Shown here piece by piece: positions 16,944-28,330 of a stretch of 64,000 nt of DNA. The stretch is from Ramazzottius varieornatus (Eukaryota; Animalia; Tardigrada). The number at the start of each line of letters is the position of its first letter. Position 1 is the stretch's first letter. The stretch is from assembly GCA_001949185.1 (NCBI GenBank), contig BDGG01000001.1, forward strand, positions 1,715,923 to 1,779,922, given 5' to 3'. The notes beneath the pieces were generated by a model. It saw nothing but the letters and a program-made list of their open reading frames with translations, had not been told where the DNA came from and made no database searches. The translations under genes were made by a program, and so were the position numbers.

Positions 16944-18828
16944 TCAGTACGGTACAACAGGAAGTTTCGGTACCTCGTACTCAAAAGGAGTCTTACTACC
17001 GGTACCGCTTCGACCACCGCGAGCGGCTGAGCCGCGGCTCGCGGGAACGTTGCGGTTCAATCCCTGGGAACCAGCCTTGCCGTTTCCTTGTTCCAGTTCT
17101 ATATGCTTGACCAGCTGGTTATCATAAGCATATTCCACCTTGTACGGCTCTTCGGGGCGCTCGCAACCCTCCTAGGGGCGCGGAAAGGTTGGTTTATCTT
17201 GCGTAGCCTTGGTCTTTGCCGCTTCGTTCTTGAGCTTCTTCGCTGGCTTTACTTCTACCGACTATGTACAGTTTCCTGGAGAGGCACGCCTGGCAGCCAC
17301 CGAATCGCTCCTAGTCATCGGAATGTTCTTGGAGAAGGCGATAGATGCTGCCGGCGCGACAGGATACAGTTTCTGGACAGTTCAGCTAGGTCGCTGAGTG
17401 GCTAATCTCTTCGCGGCCCGAGTCATGAAGGAAGTTTCCGAAGCTGTTTCGCACATGGTCGTATAGGAGGCTCGGCGAAGCTAAAATAGGCCGCTTTAGC
17501 CGTTCTTAGCCGCGGCTAAAATATTTTATATAAATCTATACATGGTCGACGAATTCAGGACGTCGGGTTCATTAACTACCTTCTCACTAAGAAACGGTTG
17601 AACTTTGATATACATGTACGGTATGCAATTGGCGATGTTTCAACTTTCAACCTGTCCAACATCATGAAATTTACTGTTTGAATGGAAGGAAGTATCTGTT
17701 CTGGTGTCGGAAATGGACTTTGCAGAGGCCGCAGCAGGCATTCTAAGTCCGTCCTTTAAGTACCCCGCCTGGAGAATGTCCATGGCAGATGGTGCCGTAG
17801 GAGAGGCTGCTTCCGTCATGGTTTCCGCATAGTTTGCGCTCTCGAAAGCGAGGAGAACATCGGACGTCGGCAAGCGAATTCGCCCAGACCGTTCTCCCGA
17901 GTGGCGCACGCTCTTCGGTAGGAACAATGGAAACATGCGCCACTTGAGATTATGAACATGCTCGATTCATTTGCCGATGGTCCCTATAATATTCATACCC
18001 TGAAGTAGCAAGGTTTTTCCATCAGGGAACGAACTTACCTCTTCGACTGCGTGACCAGCTGCGGCGAAACAGACTTCAAGTCGGTTAGGAACTCGAACCG
18101 AACGGTGAAAACCTGTATCCACAGAATGTATTGTTCGTTCACGTCCGCGGCGAATTTCCGGGAAGAATCTATATCTGGCAGCAAGACCATCCTAGAAAAG
18201 TATGCCATACATGAAATACACATGTACAGTAACTCGAAACGATTACGACGTATTCACGCCAGACTGAAAAGGTACGTTTTCCTGGTCATGCTCATCTTAC
18301 ACGTATCGAACTTCATTATGGACGTGAAGAAAGTAGAAGTGCTTGACATCGCCATACTTTAGCAGCTCTTGACCACACAAGTCCTGCAACAAAATATGGT
18401 ATGCGTCAACAGGCAATTACCAGATAGTAAAGAATAATATTCTATATGTAGACAAATCTGTACTCTCTGCAATTACAAATATTGAAAATGAGCCGGCCGT
18501 AGTTGCTGTAAAGATCACATATGGCTCTTACCGGGTCTTCCGGCACGTTACCACCAGTGACCCATTGGAAGTGTAGAGGCTGGCAAGCTTTACGTAGGAT
18601 CAGCCATAACAACTTCTGCCGAGAAGAACCACGCCCTGGCATCTCCGAGAAAGTTGCGGTCTTGGACGAGGCACAGCCGCACATGCTGAAGATCTGTCCG
18701 ACATTAGAGTTCATTAGCCAGAACCACTTGCAAACACTAAGGTTCGAAGCATCGGAAGAACAGCTTGAGGATCTGCGATCGACTTTGCTTAAATTGGGTT
18801 TCTGCTGCGTGTCCTCCTCAGCTTTCAC
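16944..18828 (-). pseudogene. Probable decayed, intron-containing gene of unknown family
   Basis: Exon-like segments with GT/AG ends (e.g. donor at about 18038). One reading frame over 17457-16944 is interrupted by three in-frame stops. No recognisable domain. Confidence 0.4.
17861..17985. repeat. Intronic GGCGCAC palindrome family, copy in a putative intron of the pseudogene
   Basis: Core 17900-17944 with 25-nt spacer; outer arms gtcggcaagcg / catttgccgatg. Confidence 0.85.
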
Positions 18829-19118
18829 AACTGCTCAGGCGCTTCTGACTGCGAAATCAAATGTGCCGTGATGGGTTTTGTGGTTTTTTTCATGGACGTT
18901 TATTTTCAGATTTACATCAGATGAATGATATAGACGAAAAAGGTATGCGGATAGCGCACACGGATGTTCCGAGCTTTACAGAGCAAACTGGACTTAATGT
19001 CGGAATAAAAGGTGAAAGTGTAAGAAATAAAGGGAGCGCTTGTACAGAATTGTATTCAGATTGATGGAATAAACCGAGGTTCACAAAGTTTGATGTACTT
19101 CCCGTTCGAACATTTCAC

Positions 19119-20613
19119 TTATTTGATGGAGTCCAGGACGCGAGCCACATCACCGTTGTAGTTTTCCAACAGACGACGCAACAAGTTGCCCTCGTTGGTG
19201 AATCCCATCTCTTCCATAGCCTTCAGAGCCGATTCGATGCGAGCATCTGTAACAAGAAACCAGATTATTACTTGGAAGAACTCTAGAATTAAGGAGAATG
19301 GAGAACCTACTCTTAGCCTCAGTCTCCGAAGCAGTGCTACCAGCAACAGACACAGTGTCGCTACTCTTCTCCGTCTTCATCTCGAAGATCTCTCCGTCTG
19401 CGGGAGCTTCAGCTTCCAGATGGGTCCACTCACCATCGCTTTCAGCCTTGTTCTCGGCCTTGATCTCGATCTTGATCTCGTTCTTGTTCAAGTCAGCCAC
19501 GAAGTTCTGGACAGCTTCCGCCACGACGTTGACGGCGTCAGCCACTGCGGTGGTACTTGCCACCACCACATGTTCAGCCACGTTGTCCTCCTGAGTGGTG
19601 GTGGTTGCCTGCCCAGTCTCAGCTTCCTTCTCTTTCTGGACTTCAGCCTCCCCGTTGTTGATCTTCAGAGCCTCCATGACGCGTTGACTAACCTAGAGAA
19701 CGCAAAATACAGACATGAATCCCAGTGACGGAAAACAGACCACCAAGAATGCAATCCAGCTCCACCTGCATACATGTACACCATACAAAATACCAAGTTA
19801 CGTGTATGCGGCTTGGTGAAAGACATTTCACGCAATGACGCTTCAATATTTTTAAGATGGAAATTTCACAGCTTCGGAACAGTAATGTTGATACGGACGG
19901 GAGATTTTATACCTTACCTGAGCGATGATTTCACCAACGGGACGGTTGACATCGATGTCCATCTCCACGGTTTGGTCTCCCATGAAGGGAGCACCATATG
20001 GTGGCGGTGGCATACCTGGGCCAGTTGGGCCTCCTCGACGATGGAAAGACCCCTGACGAGGACCGTGACAGCCCATGCCCAAGTTACCCATCCGACGACG
20101 TCCTCCCATACCTCCACAAGGTCCTTGAGCACCGCCAAAGCCAGGCTGGAAGCCTGGGAGTCCCACGAAGCGACCTGGGTGGCCATGCTGACGAGGAGTA
20201 CGAATTGCCATCATGTCGTGTTCCGAATGCTTGCCCTTGGCCTCACATTCCTCACACAAGTCATAGTCTGGGCATTCCATGCACTTGTAACGCGTACCTG
20301 CTACTTGACCTTCACAGCCATCACACGTTACCATCTTGTGGATCTTCTTGTCGTCGACGGGAGCTTTCTTGGCTGCCTTCACGTAGACGCGCAGCAGATC
20401 TTTGGGAGACATCTGGCGAGCAGCCTGCAGCTCATCGTCGCTACCGAGGACCACCATATCGTCCTCAGAGTCCTTCCAGAACATACGGAAGGCATCCTTG
20501 CCCGTAATGTCCTTGACGCGTTGGTAGAGGGTCGAGAAGGTGGCAGAAGCGTCCAGGTTGAATCGACGGATCTCCTGGTCGTCCTCGACGAACAGCTTGA
20601 CTTGGGAAGTCAT
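19119..20613 (-). CDS. SQSTM1: Sequestosome-1 / p62 / Ref(2)P autophagy receptor, 3 coding exons
   Basis: PB1 (VKLF..EIRRF..FWKDSEDDMV), ZZ finger (HKMVTCDGCEGQVAGTRYKCMECPDYDLCEEC), LIR SDGEWTHL and UBA (ALKAMEEMGFTNEGNLLRRLLENYNGDVARVLD). Confidence 0.95.
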
Positions 20614-20759
20614 GGTTTGTTCCTGGGGAAAGGGTTTCTGGAAGAAAAAGTACAGTTGCCAGAAAGGGAATGAAAGTTCGTTTGTGAAACGCTGAAGTAA
20701 AACGTCGAATGAGTTGCAAGAATTTCGAAGCGTCATTTTTTGTTGCGGCGACACCGAGC

Positions 20760-20820
20760 TTTTATAGCCAAATCAAACCAAAGTTTCATTGCTGTAACGC
20801 AGTCATGTAAAGCTGACTCA
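20760..20820 (-). promoter_or_regulatory. p62 promoter: TATA box and ARE/AP-1 element
   Basis: Minus-strand TATAAAA at 20766-20760. TGAGTCAGC at 20820-20812 matches the ARE consensus TGA(C/G)nnnGC. Confidence 0.55.
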
Positions 20821-21517
20821 CCATGATACAATGGAAAACCATCTTGAACGGTTGAACCTGTCGTGGGTGAAACACCCTTCGGCTGTCGCTAGACGGCACG
20901 CTTGTTCGACTGACAGGCAATATGTCATGATGTCATCCGAGGATCACAGCACGAAAGGAGACTGCTGAAGAAGACAACGAGGGGCTGCCTTCACGGCAGT
21001 ACGCTAAAGTGGCTTGAATTCTACTGTTGGGTTTTCGAGCATCAATCTATGAGCGGATGTGGTACAAAGTTACAGCGTACTTTGATCAACGACTGTACCA
21101 CCCGACGTGTAAACGTTGGAGGTCGCAAGAAAGCTCTGGAAAACGTTCGGCATTAGTCATGTTGGCATAAGAGTATTCCGACCTAATATAATTTTGATGT
21201 AATAAAGCCGCGCTGCCAGAGTTCGAATATAATCTTAATATAATATGCCGCGACCTCGGAGCATCTAATATGATATCAATATATCAACTTGTTCCGTCGG
21301 GTGCTTATTATAATATATTATAATATCTTTGATCCGCGAGTGAACAGAGCAGGGGAACTTTCTTCCTCAATCCTAACATCGCTTTGGTATTACCGAAGCC
21401 AGGGAATTTTCCTCCTTAGATACTTTTATCATTTGACTAAATCTTCTTCAGATCCAGCAACAAATAGATCGAAATTCTTCCAACAAATTATCTTCGCAAA
21501 AAAATTATCGAAACAAA

Positions 21518-24161
21518 TTAGTCATCTATGCCAGGAAGATGAGCAGTGTCACGCCGACAAAGCACTTTTCTTTCCAAATGGCGTCCAGCCAGTCTGTTCG
21601 CTTTCCCTATGGTCGATAGGGTGGCAATGGCGAAAACGCGCTCCGGCGCACTCGATGCAGCTGGAATTACCAGTATGTCGAGCGCGAGGCGACTCAAAAG
21701 AGGGAACTTTCCGCTTGCAGATATCCAGAATTCTTCCGGATTGCTGTCGATTTCGTCTGTCGAACACATGGGTATTTCCATGTAGGACTGAATCTCCAGT
21801 TCGACAGGAGACTTCGAAGCAACCGTTTCACTTTCAGCAGTGATGAAGAAGTCGAGTTTGTCGTCACGATCGGAAGTTCTTGCCTGCGGTTCGATCGTAC
21901 TATAGCCATCTCGATCTGTACATTAGAAAAACCGTTATGAAAGACCGAGGAAGCAGAAATGCGTTGAGCGGGTCCGCACCTTTTTCTACTTCGATACACC
22001 ACTCGGCGTTCTTAATCGCCAGCCATCTCGAAGCTATGCTTTTGTTCTTGGCAGTTAGAGTGAATCGCAGTGTCTTATGGAGGAAAGTTATGACCAAGTA
22101 AAGGGCATCGAAGTTTGGGTTTAACTCGTTAATGGTGTGCCCGAGGACCCGATCCAACTCTGACGTGATAACCAATATCACCTGCATAGAATTAGCTTGG
22201 TAATGAAAGCTTGTTTTAGCTTACAGAAGAAGGAACTTTCCCGTTTGAGGTTTACCTGATTGAATGGGCTCTCCGTCCCGTAATCCGCAAAATCAACTCT
22301 GAGTAGTGCGTGACGGATGGACTCCAAATGACGAACCAGAACATTAACGGAGTAGTACACGCGATAAACGGTAGCTGTCTTCTCAGCGCTGAAGTCATCT
22401 GTCACCTAAAAAAACCAACCATAAGTAAGACATCAGGGTGAAATTTGTATGGCCTTGTTCAGACTTGTTTTACCATTACTACAGTTTATTACCGTCTTGA
22501 ACTTATCGAGGAGCTTGATGATGAAGCGTACAGTCACCCATTCACCCGGTGTGATGCACGGAATTTTGAGGTGCTTCGACAAGATGTCCTGCACAGCGTC
22601 TTTAAGCTCGTAAAGACGCTTGAGGGAAAGCAGTATGGAGTTCCATCGAGTGGAGACATCGGCAATCAGAAGGAGTTTCGGTTTTTTCGACGAGCTCTCC
22701 CGTGGCGATTGTTGACTTTCAGAAAGTGTTGAAAATTTTCCGAGCCTTGGTCAGGACAGGTTTCAGCAGAGTATCCTTCTCGAATGCGCAAACTGCTGTC
22801 TGCAGACGGAGGATGCTGCATGAGTGACGCTTCAATCTGAAACCAAGACAAATCTGATTAATTTTAATTTCGTTTCAGATTTTAAATCAAGAACTTTCCC
22901 GCTTTGACTCACCTTTCGGCGAACATCTGTTCACAGTCGTCCTCGAAGCTCAAGTGTCCATCGATCTCATGGTCAACGTCCACATCTTCGCTGAAGTCTT
23001 CCTGCTCGACCTGTATGACTTGCTCTTCCTGCTCGTCTACTTCTTCAACGAATGAACCGTGTCGAAGGATGAGATCTTTATGCGCGGCGACCATATTCGA
23101 CCCATTGTCAGTCGAAACAGCTGACACTTTCGAAGGGGGGATTTCCCAGCTTTTCATGATTTCCATGGTTAACTTGTACACTCTAACCGCCGTATGTGGA
23201 GCTGAGAAAGAACGACAGGCGATCGTCATGGAATGCATGGTCTTGGTTTCTGAATCGTAAAAGCGAGCAGTAGTTCCAAGGAAGGACTCTGTCATGCCCT
23301 TCTTTGTCCAGATAACTAGCGAACAAAAGCTATCAGAGTACGACAAAAATTCGCACAGTAAACAGGTTAAAGGTAAAGCAAGCATTTACCCGCGGCAATT
23401 TTATTCGCACGTCTCAGAAAGGCTTTCATCTTGGCCACCAGCAGTTCGAAAACCTTATCCATTTCAGTGTTGATGGCGTATCTTGCGACGTTAGGAGCGC
23501 GATGGTTGTGCTTGAGAAACATACGCTGTGTTTTAGGATTCTCACAGAGAATAGGAGTGGATGTAGTTTGAAGACACCAGGAGTGGATGTAGTTTGAAGA
23601 CGAAATATGAAGTATACGTTACAGTAAACGGTAAGTCCCCTCTAAGAAAACAATGTAGGTTGTACCTGGGACTTCCCACCGGATATGGATCCGACGACTC
23701 GCACCTGATTTGGAATTGGAAGAACGTCTTTGCACTAGTCGAGCACACATGCTTCTCCGCGTTGACTTTACGAACTTTCAGTTTCCTCGAACTTGAGGAA
23801 GACATCCTTATGGTTATTTCTCAGATGGCTTACAGCATCTCCGGTATGTCCGTCTTGGCGTAACCAAGTACGTACAGGCAACATAGGTTGTTGTTCCCTT
23901 CTCTCCGTCGCTCACGTAGAAAGACCACACCGTTGATTTCTTCTTTGGTCCACCAGAACGCTGGCGCTTTACAGGTGGCTTGGTGAATAGAGCTAACGAG
24001 TGGGACGCCAACGCGGCCTCATCGTCGTCAGAGCTGACGATGTCGATAATGGCTGGACTGACTGCTGCACCCTTCGCCACCTTCCCCCGATTCACAGCGG
24101 TCTTTGTCGGCTGCTGTCTCTTCTGCTTGACGGTGGGGGAACTCCCTTCTTTTCCAACCAT
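21518..24161 (-). pseudogene. hAT transposase pseudogene (BED finger, RNase H-like core, dimerisation domain), apparently with introns
   Basis: KKSTVWSFY (BED), SFLGTTARF..PHTA..VSTDNGSNMVAA, DVSTRWNS and FWISASGKFPLLSRLALDILVIPAASSAPERVF. In-frame stops and frameshifts are present. Confidence 0.88.
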
Positions 24162-24691
24162 GCTGATATCCTCATACTGTCATGCAATTTCTAGAGAAAC
24201 GACACACAAAGCATCAGAGAAACGACACGAAAGCGCAAAACCGAACCTGTAAACGCAGACAGCTCCGCATCCAGCAATGAGCATTGCGAGCATGCAGGTG
24301 AGGGGCCGAACTCATGAACCTGCACCAGCCAATCAAACGAAGTTCACAATCAATGTACAGCCCTTAACGCTGATCAATAAACGTTGATGTGCGGGTGCGT
24401 GATGCATTATCATCTAACCCAACAGCGCACTGTGCAGAGTCGCACGCTCCCGCTTGGCGCAAATCAAGCCTTATTTTAATCAACCCAAGCCGAATTCGTA
24501 TATTAATAATTTTAATATGGAGCGCCGTGGGAGTTGATTTTAATCTAATATATAAGCCCTGGCTTCCATCCAATTTAATACTAATAAATATCCTGCCTGT
24601 TTCGGAGCATCTAATACATGTTAATATATTATATTAGATGCGCAAAGCATCTAATAAGTTCTAATTTAATACAATATTCATATATGCCAAC

Positions 24692-25146
24692 TAGAGCACT
24701 GGGCCGCAGGTTCAAAATTACGCAGCAACTGCTGCGCACGCTACCAGGTCGCTGTACGCTGCGCTGTGCTGCACAACTTTCATGCGCAGTGGCTAGGCAG
24801 CTGCGCTGCAGATGCGCATGGACCTGTTGCAACTGCGCTGCACGCTGATGTACTGACTTTTGTTATAGTATTGTCGGCAAAATGGGTAGTCCACCGGGAA
24901 AACGTGGCCATACGGTACGGCAAAACTCAGATGCCTTAAACTCGAATACCCAAAAGTACCAAGTTTTGTTAAGTGTTGGTCCGCAGATCTGCGCGGCAGT
25001 CTTCGGCTTCCTGCTGCATGCTGTGCTGTGCTGCACAAATTTCGTCGATTTGCTTACTGCAGCTGTGCTGTAGAACAGCACTGCTGCAGTGCAGTACAGC
25101 ACTGCTGCAGTGCAGTACAGCGCATGCGGCCAGATTCCGTGCTCTA
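24692..25146. mobile_element. Non-autonomous hAT MITE inserted into the TIR of the larger hAT
   Basis: TIR TAGAGCAC / GTGCTCTA. Perfect 8-bp TSD ATGCCAAC (24684-24691 / 25147-25154). GCTGC/TGCAG-rich subterminal repeats. Confidence 0.88.
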
Positions 25147-25194
25147 ATGCCAACATCACTATTCGGCATGATTCACACGTCATTGCAGGACAAT

Positions 25195-25624
25195 AAGGGC
25201 TTACAGAGATAGATTACACCGCTGGTGGAATTACAACGCTGTTGTAATTGGCTCCACTCACACCCTTGCGATTGGCCTATCCATTCCACCAGACATTACA
25301 CTATCGGTGTAATTACGAGTCGCTCCGGAACGCCTCGTAACTACACCAGATGCAATCAACATCCCGAGTGCGCTTTGCTCCCCTCCAAACCTTCAAATCT
25401 CACTTCCATGACGAAGTTTCTCGCTACTCGTCCTACTGGTGAGTGTATGGTGGTTCCTCCGACATTAAAGATCTCATAATCCTCCGATCGTACTTACCTG
25501 CAGTGCGGGGCTTTCAAAGCAAACCGTTACACCGCTTTCCTAACTGGTCAAAAAAATTTCTGAGCGTATCCACCAAAGTAGCTGGTGTATTACACCACCA
25601 AGCCAGCTGTCTTTGTAAGCCCTT
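25195..25624. mobile_element. MITE with 3-bp TSD (PIF/Harbinger-like?)
   Basis: 15-bp inverted ends AAGGGCTTACAGAGA / TCTTTGTAAGCCCTT (14/15 match), AAT on both flanks, internal TTACACC repeats. Confidence 0.6.
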
Positions 25625-26130
25625 AATAATTTTACCGTTGACGCTACGTGTAAATTTAAGTCGTGCGTATTCTTTTGTTACGAGTGTGCGCCGCATGAAA
25701 AAATAACAAAGGAGGGAAAACAGCGATGGTGACAAAAGGGAAATACTACTGATTGATCGTACGAATATAATATCAGATAATATTCAAGACGAAAAACAAA
25801 GTCGAAGAGAGTGAAGTTTACGGGAGGCAGGCTGGAATATAAATACTTGACAATAAGAAAAATTCTTCGAATGTTGTGTTGCGCTTCCTTTCCTGACACT
25901 CACAAAACGTCGCCAAGTGTTTCTACTTCATAAAACTGAAAACCTGATAACAGCCATTACGGGCCAAAAATTAGTACGGACCCAGTACTGGCGTGAGAGA
26001 AGAAAAAAGGATGGCTAAAGCAGTCAGAACTGTAACAACAACTTTGTTCGTCACTCAACCCATCAAACCATTGCAAAATTCAAGAATATGAATGCGAATG
26101 GCTACTGGCGAAATCTGAGACCAAAACGAG

Positions 26131-27526
26131 CTATTCCTCATCGTCATCATCATCTTCATCGTCAGGAACGTCATTGGTGTCCCTGCAAAACAAGCCCATA
26201 TATCAGGAATGACCAGATGAACCGAAATCAAGATCCAACTTACTCTTCATCATCGTCATCATCGTCGCCTCCTTCCTCTTCGGGGTTTTCGTCGTCGTCG
26301 TCTTCGTCGTCATCATCTTCAGCTGCGTCCTTGTCTTCCACGTCGTCCTCATCGTCATCACCATTCTCGGCTCCTTTTAAGTGCTTCTTGTTCTTGGTGT
26401 CACTATCCTTGCCGTTGGTTACCTGAAGAAACACAGGAACACGTCAACCTGATGGATTCAAGTGGCGCCATCTCCTCCAAGTTCGTTGAAATCATGGCGC
26501 CCTCTACTGTTCAAACTGCGAGCCAACCCGAACCACGGCATGGCCCGCCAGTTTACCAGCAATGGTGGGCCATCGCTGCACAGTATCACAACCATGTCAA
26601 GGTCGAATGCGGTATCTGTTTTTGCTTCGTTTGTTTTCCGCCCGTTATTTTCGTGTCAAACTTCATGGGAAAAATTTCCACAAAATTAAGATCTGTGGAT
26701 TTAACTCTGCAGAAATTTTCTCTCGACAGTTTTCCACCGGGAAACCATTTTCCATACGATTACCAAGCGGTGACGTATGGAGATCGCCGTGTGCAGCAAA
26801 GATGGCCAAAATGGCTCCACCCTCGGCCTAAAAACAAGGTCAGCGCTGGTTGGCTCGATTCTCGTTTCCTTATCGTTATCAGCCAGCTCGATTGGCCCCA
26901 GCCGACGTGGAGCAACCAATCGCAACGGGACCCTATCCGGCAAAACTCTGGCAGAAATGCCGTGTACGGTACCAGCGTTTCATGTACCACGAGGTTCGGT
27001 TTGTCCCACCCCGCAGCCAGCTAGTGCCCGCCTCTGCCATAGTAAAGCGTACAAGTTTAGTGGATCGTGGAAGTTTCCGCGACGAATGAGCGGGCAGGAG
27101 AGGCGGGCATTTTCTATCCCGCACGACCAGCCAAAAACTTCACTTCAGTTCATGGCCTTCGTGCTGGCTCACTGAACTGATTGATCCTTTGAAATACTAT
27201 CTTTATCGCACTCTCTCGTTCATACAGAGCCCATTCAAAACGAGAATAATTTTAAAAAATATCCAAAATCATGGTAAAACAAAGACAGAATAACGAAAAC
27301 CCAGCGTGACGATGAGGTCAGCCAATGGGACGAACAATTTCGGGCATACTGCCGGGAGGCATGGTCAAGGCTCGCGAACGGCAACCTACGCACAGAGCAA
27401 GCGTTGGAAACACGAAACACCACTCACCTCAGCATCCGCAGACCTCTTCTCGCCGCGCTTGGCCGTAGTGTCCTTGGCATCCTTGCCGTCGACATCGGGA
27501 GTCGGCTGAGCATCGGCGGTAGACAT
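26131..27526 (-). CDS. 109-aa highly acidic disordered protein, prothymosin/parathymosin-like, 3 exons
   Basis: Exons 27526-27428, 26422-26244 and 26182-26131 splice GT-AG in frame (330 nt): MSTADAQPTPDVDGKDAKDTTAKRGEKRSADAEVTNGKDSDTKNKKHLKGAENGDDDE..., then a D/E tail. TATA at about 27668-27673. Confidence 0.8.
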
Positions 27527-28330
27527 TGTGAACGGTGGGAAAGAAAGATGGAGAACTTGCAACCAGCGAGGATGGCAAAGCGGTGCGGTAGTCAAGTAGC
27601 AGTAGCGGTGGAAATGGCAGACGGTAGTGGGCAAATTTCAGTCCAAGAGCTCGGCTAAAATCGTGCTTTATAAAATTCGAAACTGGCTCAAGCTCTCGTC
27701 TGACCACCTTTGGTGCAAGATTTTGTGTTGCCTCACGGACGGACTTCCAGCCTGTTGCCCGACTATGATATGCCAAAAGCCACGCGGAGGGTCTCTTTCA
27801 CGCGAAAGCGAAGCCCGCACGTGACTTTCGGCCTATTCATTATCGGAGATCAACCGCCCATTCCATAGAATGTTCACCAATGGACAACTGGTGTACGTAC
27901 ATCGCCAGAAGAGGACAGACAGAAATTTTGGGCTTATTCATCCAAACCCAGAGAGAGCAGGGGCGGTCACATGGGCTTCGGGTCCTGATTTTGGATCGAT
28001 AGCCGAGACCACAAGACTACATCAACGGGTCCATCGCGCTTACGATCCCAATCAATCAACAGCCAAAGGCACTGATTGAGACCTGAGTGAGTCAGGCAAC
28101 CCGGGCAAAGCACAAGGGGCGCGGTAAAAAGAGGATTATTCACCTCAAGATGACGCCACTGTTTGAGTTTTTCAGTGCAGATATCCCAGCATCGATGGTC
28201 CGTGGACGAACCAACACGAACGAAAAAGACTAGCAAAATAACAAAACGAACTGGTCAAAATATATACAGTAACACATATCTAAGGCTGAGTATCATTCTG
28301 GAACTGGGACACCTTCCAGTAAGAATGAAT

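Larger units (their letters stand above)
21154..25161 (-). mobile_element. hAT DNA transposon (about 4 kb) with degenerate transposase
   Basis: TIR TAGT(C/G)ATGTTGGCAT at both ends. Perfect 8-bp TSD TTCGGCAT (21146-21153 / 25162-25169). TAATAT-rich subterminal repeats. Confidence 0.92.

Noticed and set aside
19774-20673. 299-aa plus-strand ORF, and similar long shadow ORFs over Hippo, MTR and IPO5
   Set aside because: Antisense shadows of well-supported coding exons with biased codon use; no independent motifs.
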